A stretch of 64,000 nt of DNA from Pedobacter sp. (GTDB lineage: Bacteria; Desulfobacterota; Desulfuromonadia; Desulfuromonadales; Syntrophotaleaceae). Each line of letters begins with the position of its first letter. Position 1 is the stretch's first letter. The notes beneath the pieces were generated by a model, which was not told the DNA's origin, did no database searches, and was given only the letters and a program-made list of their open reading frames with translations. Where the stretch lies: NCBI GenBank assembly GCA_050253415.1, contig JBFWJC010000004.1, positions 160,001-224,000 on the forward strand, written 5' to 3'. Position numbers and translations under genes: made by a program. Shown piece after piece: positions 49,503 through 59,410 of this stretch.

Positions 49503-50210
49503 ATGCGGCGTCTTACCACCCTCATACTGGGTTTGTTACTCCTGTTTGCATCCGGGCTGCAAGCCCTGGAAGTACCGCCGACCACCGGTTACGTCAACGA
49601 CCGGGCCGGCATTTTGTCCCCAGCCACAAAGCAGCAACTGGAACAGGGGTTAAGCGAATTTGAGCGCAGCGACTCGACGCAACTGGTGGTGCTGACCATC
49701 CCTTCCCTGGAGGGGGAGGTATTGGAAGAATACAGCCTCAAGGTCGCCGAAAGCTGGGGTATCGGCCAGCGCGGCAAGGATAACGGCGCCCTGCTGCTCA
49801 TCGCCCGTGACGAGCGCAAGATCCGCATCGAGGTCGGCTACGGACTGGAAGGCCAACTCACGGATTTGCTGACCGGCCGCATCATCGACCAGGAGATCAC
49901 ACCGCGATTCCGCAGCGGCGACTACGACGGCGGCGTGATGGCGGGCGTCAACGCCATGGCGCAGGCGGTGCGTGGTGCGTATCAGGGTAAACCGACGAAA
50001 AAAAGAAGCTCCGGCGGGTTCTTTACCTTGCTGCTGTTTTTGGCCCCCTGGCTGCTGTTGGCCGGACCAAGACGCAGTTCCCGCCGACGCAGCGGTATCT
50101 GGTTCGGCGGCGGTGGATTCGGCGGCGGTGGAGGCTTCAGTGGTGGCGGTGGCGGATTTTCCGGTGGAGGCGGCGGGTTTGGCGGCGGCGGTTCCTCGGG
50201 CGGATGGTAG
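49503..50210 (+). CDS. TPM-domain protein (YgcG-like) with Gly-rich tail
   Basis: VNDRAGIL, WGIGQRGKDNG, RIEVGYGLEG, FGGGGSSGGW. Confidence 0.9.
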   Translation: MRRLTTLILGLLLLFASGLQALEVPPTTGYVNDRAGILSPATKQQLEQGLSEFERSDSTQLVVLTIPSLEGEVLEEYSLKVAESWGIGQRGKDNGALLLIARDERKIRIEVGYGLEGQLTDLLTGRIIDQEITPRFRSGDYDGGVMAGVNAMAQAVRGAYQGKPTKKRSSGGFFTLLLFLAPWLLLAGPRRSSRRRSGIWFGGGGFGGGGGFSGGGGGFSGGGGGFGGGGSSGGW

Positions 50211-50221
50211 GAGGGAAATTC

Positions 50222-50854
50222 ATGAAAAACTCGACCGAAAAGTTCTTCTCAATCGAGGAGCAGCAACGCATCGAGCAGGCCGTGCAAGCCGCTGAAAAAA
50301 GTACCAGCGGCGAAATCGTGCCGATGCTGACGCCCTGTGCCTACGATTATCCCCGCGCCGAAATCATCGGTGGAGGCTTGTTTGCCCTGGCATCGGCCAC
50401 CACCCTGAGTTGGGGTTTTTTTGGCGAATCGCTGTGGGTGTTTCTGGCAGCATTTGTGCTGCTGTACCTGCCCTGCAAATGGATGATCCGGTTTTGCCCA
50501 CCGCTCAAGCGGTCCCTGATTACCGACCAGGAAATCACCGAGGAAGTCGCGGAAAAAGCGCTGATCTCGTTTTACGAACGCGAACTGCACCACACCCGTG
50601 ACAACACCGGCATTCTGATTCTCATCTGCCTGTTCGAGCATCGCGTGCAGATTCTGGCCGATCGCGGCATTAATGCCGTGGTCCCTCCCCACACCTGGGA
50701 TGCCATCGTCGCCGAGCTTACTGGCGGCATCCGCGAGGGGCGGGCCTGCGATGCCCTGTGCCTGGCTATCGAAAAATGCGGCGAGCTGCTGACCAAAAAC
50801 TTTCCGGTTCGTGATGACGATACCGACGAGTTGCCCAATCTGATTCTCGAGTAA
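50222..50854 (+). CDS. TPM-domain membrane protein
   Basis: AEKSTSGEIV, TGILI, LADRGI, DELPN; third gene of the LemA operon. Confidence 0.87.
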   Translation: MKNSTEKFFSIEEQQRIEQAVQAAEKSTSGEIVPMLTPCAYDYPRAEIIGGGLFALASATTLSWGFFGESLWVFLAAFVLLYLPCKWMIRFCPPLKRSLITDQEITEEVAEKALISFYERELHHTRDNTGILILICLFEHRVQILADRGINAVVPPHTWDAIVAELTGGIREGRACDALCLAIEKCGELLTKNFPVRDDDTDELPNLILE

Positions 50855-53593
50855 TCATCCGACACCTCCCCCGCTGCCGCGGGGGAGACTGTCCCCCCTC
50901 TTCTGTTCCCGTACGGCTCGATACCGAAGCAACCGCTTGCGCAGATAATCCAGACCGAAAATCAACGGAATCCCCAACCAGGCCAGGACGTAGATCTGCC
51001 AGGGCACAGGACCGGTACCAAGAATTGTCTGCAAAGGCCTGGTATAAAGCAGCGCCCAGGAAAACACGATCTGAATAAGGATGCCGGCCAACAGCAGGCG
51101 ATTTCGCAGCAACCCCCAATCCAGGCCGGAACGCCACGCAAACCGTCGACCGATAAGGTTGCCGATCTGCATCAGCAAAATGGTGGCCAGGGCGATACCC
51201 GTCGCCGAGCGATACAGGGGATCGGCGCCACCAAGCTCCTCACCGTAACGCCAGCCACCCTGTATCAGCACCGCAAAAAACAACCCCATGGACCACAAAG
51301 CTTCGAGCAACCCGAGAAACAGATAGCTGTGACAGATCAGGCCCGGGGTCAATAACCCCTGCTCGCGACGGCGCGGCGGATGGCGCATTTCTTCAGCATC
51401 GGGCGGTTCCTGCCCCAGAGCCATGGAGGGGATGATATCGGTGCCGAGGTCGATGGTCAGGATCTGAATCACGGTCAGGGCCAGGGGCACCGGAAGCAGA
51501 ATATAGATAAGATAGGGCAGGATCTCCGGACCGTTACTGACCAGCACATAATTGGTGAACTTTTTGATATTGGCGAATACGGTGCGCCCTTCCGCCACCC
51601 CGGCTACGATGGAGGCGAAGTTATCGTCCAGCAGGATAATCTGCGCCGAAGCCCGTGCCACGTCGGTGCCACTGCGGCCCATGGCGATACCGACATCAGC
51701 GGCCTTGAGGGCCGGTGCATCGTTGACCCCGTCACCGGTCATGGCCACCAATTTGCCCATGGCCTGCAGGGCGGCGACGATCTTCATCTTCTGCTCCGGA
51801 GTGGTGCGCGCGAAGATGCGCACGCCGTCGTCCAGCCGGGCCATCAGTTCCCGCTGCGTGAGTCGTTCCAGCTCATCGCCGGTAAGGATCCGGGCCGTAT
51901 GGTTCCCTTCGGCAACGATAGCGCTTTTGCGCGCCACCGCCAGGGCCGTGTCGGGATGATCACCGGTAACCATCAGTACATCGATGCCGGCATCGTAGCA
52001 AGTACGTACCGCCGCCGGCACCTCGTCGCGTACAGGGTCTTCGATGCCGAGAAAACCGCTCAAGGTGAGTCCTTGCTCCAGTTGTTCCTGGGCAACGTCC
52101 GCCAGTTCGAACCCATCGTCCAGCTCCCGCCATGCCACGGCGATAATCCGCAACCCTGTGGCGGCCAGTTGTCTCATGTGCGCCTCGGCAGCATCCAGCA
52201 TCTCTGCATCGGCAAGCGCATCTCCACTGTCCCCATTTTCCAGCTTGGATAAGAGTGGCCGCAACGCTTCCCAGGCCCCCTTGACGGCAAACACCCGGCG
52301 CCCCTGCCGGGAAAAAACCCCACCCGAGCGACGCTTGCCGACATCGAAAGCAAACCCTTTGACCACGACGTCACGCACGTCAGGGATATCCATGTGCTGT
52401 TGCTGGCAGGCGTGGGCTACCGCAACGTCGAGGGGGTCTCCGGTAAAACCATGCTCGGTACGGCGCACCGGGGAAGCAATGAGAGCCAGTTCCAGCAGTC
52501 TGCGTTGGAATTCAGGCTCATTCAGCGCGCCTTCGCCGAGAGGCGGAGACAGGTTGGTGATGCGCAGCTGATTGCAGGTCAGGGTACCGGTTTTGTCGGT
52601 ACAGATCACGTGTACCGCGCCCATGGCCTCCACCGCGTTGAGGCCTTTGACCAGCACATTTTTGCGCGCCATGCGCAGACTGCCCATGGCCAGGGACAGG
52701 GTGAAGGTTGGGAGCAGGCCTTCCGGCACGTTGGCGACGATAATCCCCATCATGAACACCAGATTGACCCACAACGACCGCCCGCTGGCAACACCGTAAG
52801 CAAAAAACGCCAATCCCATCGCCACGGCGATAACGGTAAGAACCCGGACCATGTGCGCCGTTTCCCTCTCAAGGGAGGACGGGTTGCGACGGATGACCTG
52901 GGACAGATGCGCCAGCTTGCCGAACTCGGTGCGAATGCCGGTGGCGAACACCACGCCCAGACCTTGCCCCTTGAGCACCGCACATCCTGCAAACACGATA
53001 TTGCGACTTTCAATCAAGCGCGCTTCCACGGCCAGCGCGGTAAGGTTCACCGGTTTAGCCTCGCCGGTCAGGGGCGCATTATTGGCTACCAGCTCTTCGC
53101 ATTCCACCAGGCGGGCATCCGCCGCAATGCGATCCCCTTCGCCAATCACCAGCAGGTCACCAGGTACCAGTTCCTCCGCCAGGATCTCCCGGGTCGTGCC
53201 GCTACGCACTACCTGCACGCGTTGGGGCAGGAACTGCTGCAAAGCCTGCATGGCCCGTTCGGCCCGGTATTCTTGGACAAAGCTGAACAGGGCATTGAGC
53301 AGCGCCACTCCCGCCAGCGCCCATCCCAGCACGTTCATGCTTTCTCCGGGCTGAATATGATCAGCCACAAAACAGATAGCGGCGGAGAGAAACAACAAGA
53401 TGGTGAAGAAATTACTGAACTGACGCCCCAGGGTACGCGGCCACTTCCAGCGGTCGCGTACCTCGACGGTATTGCGGCCGACTTCCCGCTCCAGTTCTTC
53501 CACCTCGCCAGGGTTCAAGCCCTCACGCCGGCTGCCTAAAAACCCGTAGACCTCTTCGGTTGACAATTGCTGGATCTGCCGCGTGTCGCTCAT
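50855..53593 (-). CDS. Cation-transporting P-type ATPase (type II)
   Basis: VPEGL, DKTGTLT, VKGA, TGDH, TGDGVNDAPALK. Confidence 0.94.
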   Translation of the reverse strand: MSDTRQIQQLSTEEVYGFLGSRREGLNPGEVEELEREVGRNTVEVRDRWKWPRTLGRQFSNFFTILLFLSAAICFVADHIQPGESMNVLGWALAGVALLNALFSFVQEYRAERAMQALQQFLPQRVQVVRSGTTREILAEELVPGDLLVIGEGDRIAADARLVECEELVANNAPLTGEAKPVNLTALAVEARLIESRNIVFAGCAVLKGQGLGVVFATGIRTEFGKLAHLSQVIRRNPSSLERETAHMVRVLTVIAVAMGLAFFAYGVASGRSLWVNLVFMMGIIVANVPEGLLPTFTLSLAMGSLRMARKNVLVKGLNAVEAMGAVHVICTDKTGTLTCNQLRITNLSPPLGEGALNEPEFQRRLLELALIASPVRRTEHGFTGDPLDVAVAHACQQQHMDIPDVRDVVVKGFAFDVGKRRSGGVFSRQGRRVFAVKGAWEALRPLLSKLENGDSGDALADAEMLDAAEAHMRQLAATGLRIIAVAWRELDDGFELADVAQEQLEQGLTLSGFLGIEDPVRDEVPAAVRTCYDAGIDVLMVTGDHPDTALAVARKSAIVAEGNHTARILTGDELERLTQRELMARLDDGVRIFARTTPEQKMKIVAALQAMGKLVAMTGDGVNDAPALKAADVGIAMGRSGTDVARASAQIILLDDNFASIVAGVAEGRTVFANIKKFTNYVLVSNGPEILPYLIYILLPVPLALTVIQILTIDLGTDIIPSMALGQEPPDAEEMRHPPRRREQGLLTPGLICHSYLFLGLLEALWSMGLFFAVLIQGGWRYGEELGGADPLYRSATGIALATILLMQIGNLIGRRFAWRSGLDWGLLRNRLLLAGILIQIVFSWALLYTRPLQTILGTGPVPWQIYVLAWLGIPLIFGLDYLRKRLLRYRAVREQKRGDSLPRGSGGGVG

Positions 53594-54423
53594 AGGCTTC
53601 GATAAATCCCCACATCGCAAGGCGTACCACGCAGCACCCGCTCCAGGGCGTTGCTGTGCAGCAAGCGATGGCCGAGGGGACGCTCGGTCGCCCCCAGCAA
53701 AAGCATCCGCACCTTGAGCCGGCTGGACTGAACCAGCGCCTCATGCACCCAGTCATCGCAAATCGACACCCGCCAGTCGAGTCGAAACGAACTGCTGCCG
53801 CGTCGACGCAAAATCTCTTCCTCCACGGCATCGAGGTAGCGCTCCCCCACAAGACGGATGGCCGTGCGCCGCGCTTCGGACAGGTGCGGCAAACGCAGGG
53901 AACTGACGTTCATACAGCGCAGCAGAAAAACCCGGTCGACCTCCGGCAACAACAGGCGAAAAAACGGCCAGGCCGCTTCAAACCCGCGTGTATGGCCCGC
54001 AAGCGGCAACAGCAGGTCTCGCGGGGTACCAAGCAGACCGGGCTGGACCACGCGCAGCGCCAGCACCGGGAAATGCCCGGTACGCAACAGTTTCTCGGCG
54101 ATGGTACCGGACAGAAAATGCCGTTGCCGGGAACGCACACGGGTGCCGCAGACCACGATGTTCTCACGACCGGGCGGGATATGCGCCAGCAAGGTAAAAT
54201 AGACGCTTTTTTCCAGAGGCAGGATCTCGGTGAACGCTTCTACACCGAGGGCCCGACTCTCGCGCTCCAGACGCTGCAATTTGACGTACAGCTGGTCGGG
54301 GTCCTGGCTGCCATCACTGACGTGCAACACCGACAGGGACGTGCCGACATGCGCCGCAAAGCGAATGGCATAACGCGAAACCCAGTCGCCGTTCAATGAA
54401 CCGTCGTAGGCCAGGATAATCAT
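53590..54423 (-). CDS. Tandem universal stress protein
   Basis: IILAYDGS, SGTIAEKLLR, ERVLRGTPCDV. Confidence 0.8.
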   Translation of the reverse strand: MIILAYDGSLNGDWVSRYAIRFAAHVGTSLSVLHVSDGSQDPDQLYVKLQRLERESRALGVEAFTEILPLEKSVYFTLLAHIPPGRENIVVCGTRVRSRQRHFLSGTIAEKLLRTGHFPVLALRVVQPGLLGTPRDLLLPLAGHTRGFEAAWPFFRLLLPEVDRVFLLRCMNVSSLRLPHLSEARRTAIRLVGERYLDAVEEEILRRRGSSSFRLDWRVSICDDWVHEALVQSSRLKVRMLLLGATERPLGHRLLHSNALERVLRGTPCDVGIYRSL

Positions 54424-54478
54424 CCCACTCCCCCTTTGCACACATCGCCACACCGGAACCACTGGTTGTAAGTATAGC

Positions 54479-54520
54479 AAGCTGTAAGCTGTAAGCTGTA
54501 AGCTGTAAGCTGAGAGCTGG
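54479..54520. repeat. AAGCTGT heptamer tandem array
   Basis: Four perfect plus two degenerate copies. Confidence 0.92.
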
Positions 54521-54528
54521 GTGTTTCT

Positions 54529-55625
54529 CCCTATGACGCAGCCGGAGCGAAGCAAGCGACGGGCGAAACAGGCGGAGGACTGAGCGCAGCGAATCTTCTC
54601 CGCCCGCCCGGAGGTTACGTAGCGCAGGACACCCGCCGCAGGCGGGCAAGGAAAGGGGCGCGCTTTTCTGCTTACTCTTTTGAGGCGTATTAAAAGAGTG
54701 AGGCGACGGGCGGGGGCGCAACCCCGCGGTCTTGACGTTGGTGTTTGGTTGTTGGAAGTCTTGAAACCTTAACGTCAACTTCGCCGGTCCCGGCCGGCAG
54801 CCGGCTTACTTTCTTTACTCGTCTATAGAAAGTAAGCAAAGAAAGGACGTAAGGTCTGGCTTCGCCGTTATGTCTGTCGCAAAGGGGATTGGGTTAACCC
54901 ACCTTGCCGAAATAAGCCAAATGGCGCGTCTGCGTAGGGCTTCATTTGCCGACCATGGAGATTCGCATAGCTCGCCGCGCAGCTGTTGCAGGCACCGGCG
55001 CTGCTGGATTTAATAAACGCTTTTGCGTTTGCTTTAGTTTTGCGGTTAATCCCCTGTGACGCAGCCGGAGCGAAGCAAACGACGGACGAAACAGGCGGAG
55101 GACTGAGCGCAGCGAATCTTCTCCGCCCGCCCGGCGGTTGCGTAGCGCAGGGCACCCGCCGCAGGCGGGCAAGGAAAGGGGCGCGCTTTTCTGCTTACTC
55201 TTTTGAGGCGTATTATAAGAGTGAGGCGACGGGCGGGGGCGCAACCCCGAGGTCTTCAGGTAGTGTTAAGTACCAAGAGCCAAAACCTTTTCTTCAACAC
55301 CGCCGGTCCCGGCCGGCAGCCGGGATACTTTCTTTACCCGTCTAAAGAAAGTATCCAAAGAAAGGACGTAAAATCTGGCTTCGCCGTTATGTCTGTCGCA
55401 AAGGGGATTGGGTTAACCCACCTTGCCGAAATAAGCCAAATGGCGCGTCTGCGTAGGGCTTCATTTACCGACCGTGGAGATTCGCATAGCTCGCCGCGCA
55501 GCTGTTGCAGGCACCGACGCTGCTAGTGTTGGTAATCGCTTTTGCGTTTATCTTTGTCGAGATTCCCCCTGTGACGCCCCCGAGCAGAGCAATCGACGGG
55601 CGGAGGCGCAACCCCGCAGTCTTAG
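54529..55625. repeat. Tandem duplication of a ~520-bp structured non-coding element, plus a truncated third copy
   Basis: TGACGC anchor at 54534, 55057 and 55572; module CGCCGGTCCC...GCTGCT at 54782 and 55301, nearly identical. Confidence 0.9.
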
Positions 55626-55714
55626 AGTTTCAAAAACCAGCGCCAGGATCGATGCACTTCGCACCTCAGCACATCTTTCTGGGCTGGGAATCGGGATTTG
55701 AGAACGGCAAGATT

Positions 55715-56974
55715 TCAGATGGTGGGATCGATATCGAGGGGGGCTTCGAAAAAATCGCGATCACGGCTGACACCGGACCAACCGGGCAGCAGCAGGGAGT
55801 AGTTGCGGGTGGCACGCAGGTCGAGTTCGAGCATAGCCATAGCCAGGCGGTAGTCTTCAGACTGGGGACCATAAGTGCGTTTAAGCTGGGAATAGATCCG
55901 TGACAGGTTCGTGACCATGGGCAGGCGACGGCGTTTGCGGGCGGCGCCAAGGAACGCGCGCCCACGCGGGCTGCTGCCGAGCAACCGCAGGTAGAGAGGA
56001 CCGGAGGCCAGCAGGCCGTCCAGCAGATCAGCGCGGACATCGTTGAGGATATACATCAATGTGCGCTGAATGCGGGTGCGCGTGAACTGACGCACCTTCA
56101 CCGCGTCCACCAATTCCTGCCAGCCGCGACTGGTGGCGGCAGCATCGGTCAGACGAGCGTCGATACCACTTTCGACCTGGTAGATGGTCTGCAGATAGTC
56201 ACGGCCACGAAAGATCTGGGCAAGCAACAACCGGTGCAACAGATCCTCATCGGGGTAAAGCCGGTCTGCACGAGACCCCGCCACCACCTCTGCAGCCGGA
56301 GTCGGCAGCAGGTCATCCACCGTCTCGCCCGTAGCCAACCTTTTACGAATACCGCTGGCGCTTGCGATGTTGCCGGGGCCCACCACATCATCGTGATAAC
56401 CGGCGCCCAGACGCGAAATGGTGAAAGGTTGCATGGCGCTGCCAGTAGACCGAAGTGCACGCAAATACTCGATGCCGAGGATATTGTTGGGTTGGTGCAA
56501 AGGCAGAATGGAGGCGTCGCAACCGGATAGTTCGGCGCAGACCTGACTGCGGGCAGCGGCATAATGCATCCCCTGGCGCAACAGGGTCGCGGTTCGTTCG
56601 GCTACGTGTTCCCCGCGTGCCTCCAGCAACTGGGCACAGCGTTGCAAAGCCCCCAGGTCGCCCGATTCGCTGCCGAAACAAAGACTGTCGACACCAAGAG
56701 CCTCGAGACACTGCACCGCGCCGCGCGCAAAATGAGGCGCACTGGCGCAGGCAAACGGAAACGGCAACTCGATGACCACATCGACCCCGCAGCGCAGTGC
56801 CATTTCGGCGCGCCGCCATTTGTCGAGCAGGGCCGGTTCACCGCGTTGCAGGAAGTGTCCGCTCATGACCGCCACCGCGACTTCGGCGCCGGACGTTTCG
56901 CGGCTTGCACGCAGATGGTGCAGGTGACCGTTGTGGAAGGGATTGTATTCGGTGATCAGGCCGACCGCACGCAT
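55715..56974 (-). CDS. tmcAL: tRNA(Met) cytidine acetate ligase-like HIGH nucleotidyltransferase
   Basis: GLITEYNPFHNGH, MSGHFLQRGEPA, FGSE, PNNILGIEY, ASASGIR, TRIQR. Confidence 0.85.
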   Translation of the reverse strand: MRAVGLITEYNPFHNGHLHHLRASRETSGAEVAVAVMSGHFLQRGEPALLDKWRRAEMALRCGVDVVIELPFPFACASAPHFARGAVQCLEALGVDSLCFGSESGDLGALQRCAQLLEARGEHVAERTATLLRQGMHYAAARSQVCAELSGCDASILPLHQPNNILGIEYLRALRSTGSAMQPFTISRLGAGYHDDVVGPGNIASASGIRKRLATGETVDDLLPTPAAEVVAGSRADRLYPDEDLLHRLLLAQIFRGRDYLQTIYQVESGIDARLTDAAATSRGWQELVDAVKVRQFTRTRIQRTLMYILNDVRADLLDGLLASGPLYLRLLGSSPRGRAFLGAARKRRRLPMVTNLSRIYSQLKRTYGPQSEDYRLAMAMLELDLRATRNYSLLLPGWSGVSRDRDFFEAPLDIDPTI

Positions 56975-57104
56975 GGCGGGGCTCCTTAAGAATTCTGAAG
57001 GCTGAGTGCAGAAAAGAACCGGGGCCTGCCTTGCCCTTGTCGTAAGGCTTCCTTGTGATGCAGCGGGAACAGAAGACAACTCACTGCGAGCCCATAAAGC
57101 ATGA

Positions 57105-57194
57105 ACCACGGAGTGCGCTAAGACCGCAGAGAAAATCAAAGTGTCTAATGCAAAACTTTATGAATTTCTCCGCGTTCTCTGTGGGTTCTGCGGT
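57105..57194. repeat. Imperfect inverted repeat with nonamer-like arms
   Basis: ACCACGGAG...CGCAGAGAAA / TTTCTCCGCG...TTCTGCGGT. Confidence 0.5.
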
Positions 57195-57221
57195 GAAAAA
57201 CTTTCTACCGACACCTATGCC

Positions 57222-57917
57222 TCAATCGAGCAATACCGGCAAACGACGATCGATAAAGTTTTCCGTCGGCGAGACGCAGGTGCGATAGGCCAGCGCCTCA
57301 ACCCCCTCGGAAACAGCCTGACGCAGTAAACGGCCATATTCAGGATCGATAGAGTCCGCCGGCCGGAAGGCGGTTGCCTCGCCGCGCTGCACGACGAACA
57401 GCACCGCAGCACGCAATCCACGCCGCCGGGCATCCATCAAGGTACGCAGATGCTTCTGGCCACGAGTGGTCACCGCATCGGGAAAACAGGCGCATTGCGC
57501 ATCGCACAGCAAGGTCACGTTCTTGACCTCAACCAGTGCCTGGCGTTCCTCCTGCTGTAACAGAAAATCAATACGGCTGTCACCGTAAGAGTGCTCCGGC
57601 GTTACCTGCCAGTCCGTGAACTCGGAGATCGCGCCGCCGCGTAGAGCCTCCTCAGCCACCCGGTTGGTGCGGTGGGTATGGGTATCGACCCAGAATCCTT
57701 CCACTTCGATCAATTCCAAGGTATATGCCAGTTTGCGCTTGGGGTTGTCGCTGCGCGAGACCAGCACCCGATGTCCCGGCACGGCACACTGCAGCATGCT
57801 GCCGGTATTGGGAGTATGCGCCGTGACCAGCGATCCATCGGCCAGTTCCACATCAGCCAGGAATCGCTTGTAGCGGCGCACCAGACGTCCCTCGATCAGC
57901 GGTGCGGGAAGCTTCAC
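57222..57917 (-). CDS. sfsA: Sugar fermentation stimulation protein / nuclease SfsA
   Basis: RRYKRFLADV, NTGSM, SRIDFLL, VEVKNVTL, FPDAVTTRGQKHL. Confidence 0.94.
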   Translation of the reverse strand: MKLPAPLIEGRLVRRYKRFLADVELADGSLVTAHTPNTGSMLQCAVPGHRVLVSRSDNPKRKLAYTLELIEVEGFWVDTHTHRTNRVAEEALRGGAISEFTDWQVTPEHSYGDSRIDFLLQQEERQALVEVKNVTLLCDAQCACFPDAVTTRGQKHLRTLMDARRRGLRAAVLFVVQRGEATAFRPADSIDPEYGRLLRQAVSEGVEALAYRTCVSPTENFIDRRLPVLLD

Positions 57918-59110
57918 CCTTCCAACTCCGCCATTTCCCATTCGGCGATACCGAGCAGATAGAGAATCGAATCGAGGCTCGGCTGATTGATACGGTACTG
58001 GGCCTGCTCCCGCACCCGCGCCTTGGCGTTAAAAGCGATACCCAGGCCGGCCTTGCCGATCATGGGCAAGTCGTTGGCGCCGTCGCCGATGGCGATGACC
58101 TGACTCAGGGCGATCCCTTCACGCTTGGCGATCTCCTCCAACAGTTCGGCCTTGCGCTGTCCATCCACGATGGATCCGCGCACCTCCCCGACCACCTGAC
58201 CGTTTTCAATGGCCAGATCGTTGGCATAGGCATAGTCGAGACCGAGTTCGTTTTTAAGGCGATCGGTAAAAAAGCTGAAGCCGCCGGAAATGACCGCCGT
58301 CTTGAAGCCGAGTTGCCGCAGCACGCGCACCAGGTTCTTGGCGCCGGGAGTGAACGGTAGACTGCGGTAGACTTGCTCCAGCGCATCGCTTGACAGCCCC
58401 TTGAGAAGAGCTACCCGTTCGCGCAGAGCCTGCTTGAAATCGAGCTCGCCATTCATGGCACGGTGCGTGATGTCGGCCACCTGTGGGCCAATACCTGCCA
58501 GCCGTGCCAGTTCATCGATCACCTCGACCTGGATCAGGGTCGAATCCATATCAAGCACCACCAGCCGTTTGGCGCGGCGATGCAGGTTTTCCTTCTGCAA
58601 GGCGATATCGATACCGAGACCGACTCCGGCGTTAAGCAACTGGCGGGTGAGATCCTTGACGTCGAGTCCATCGGGGACATTGATCACGAATTCGACGCAA
58701 CGCAACTGTCCCCGGGTGAGTTTGTTGATGCGCTGGATATTGACCTGGGATGCAGCCAGCGTGGACCCGATACGGGTCAACACTTCGGCGTTGACCTCGG
58801 AACCGAGCATAGTCAGCACGTACATACAGCCGCTCTGATGCAAACGGTAGGATGCGGGATCAACAGGCTCGAAATCAAGATCGAGACCCAGTTCCTTGGC
58901 ACGAAACAGCAATTCCTTGAGTAACGGTTTCTGGTCACGCATGCCATCTGGCAGGTCGATGAGCACCGACAGCGAAACCATGGTATGCGCCACGCTCTGT
59001 TCGATATCGCGAATGCACGCACCAGCTTCGGCTATACAGCCGGCCACGGCGGCGATGATCCCTGCCCGGTCCGGTCCGGTCATCGTGACCAGCACCATTT
59101 TATCTTCCAT
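57914..59110 (-). CDS. serB: Phosphoserine phosphatase with ACT domains
   Basis: ACT (GPDRAGI), DMDSTLI, SGGF, GDGANDL. Confidence 0.94.
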   Translation of the reverse strand: MEDKMVLVTMTGPDRAGIIAAVAGCIAEAGACIRDIEQSVAHTMVSLSVLIDLPDGMRDQKPLLKELLFRAKELGLDLDFEPVDPASYRLHQSGCMYVLTMLGSEVNAEVLTRIGSTLAASQVNIQRINKLTRGQLRCVEFVINVPDGLDVKDLTRQLLNAGVGLGIDIALQKENLHRRAKRLVVLDMDSTLIQVEVIDELARLAGIGPQVADITHRAMNGELDFKQALRERVALLKGLSSDALEQVYRSLPFTPGAKNLVRVLRQLGFKTAVISGGFSFFTDRLKNELGLDYAYANDLAIENGQVVGEVRGSIVDGQRKAELLEEIAKREGIALSQVIAIGDGANDLPMIGKAGLGIAFNAKARVREQAQYRINQPSLDSILYLLGIAEWEMAELEG

Positions 59111-59410
59111 GAGAAAACCTCGTTGATGGGAAAAGGGAATTATTTTACTCCCAAACGTCGCAGGCGACAACCCCCTTCCCCACCTGCCGCGCGATTCATC
59201 TGGCAGGCGAATACGGGTGTTGCCTGCTACGCAACCAGCTGTTCGACTTGTTTCTATTGTAGATATTTATTCAAAATACTATCTTGTTCGGATTTTAACT
59301 TCATGAAAATCAAAGAAAAGATGTTGGCTCTGCAATGGATATAATCCGTGTTTCACATACCGGGATATTCCATCTGAGGGGGCATCCACTTTTTGCGCAG
59401 GAAAGGAATC

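Noticed and set aside
50100..50207. GGC/GGT-rich repeat
   Set aside because: Normal Gly-rich tail of the TPM protein
54529..55625. CRISPR array or IS element; short ORFs inside the repeat
   Set aside because: Units are hundreds of bp long, with no cas or transposase gene; the ORFs are repeat translations
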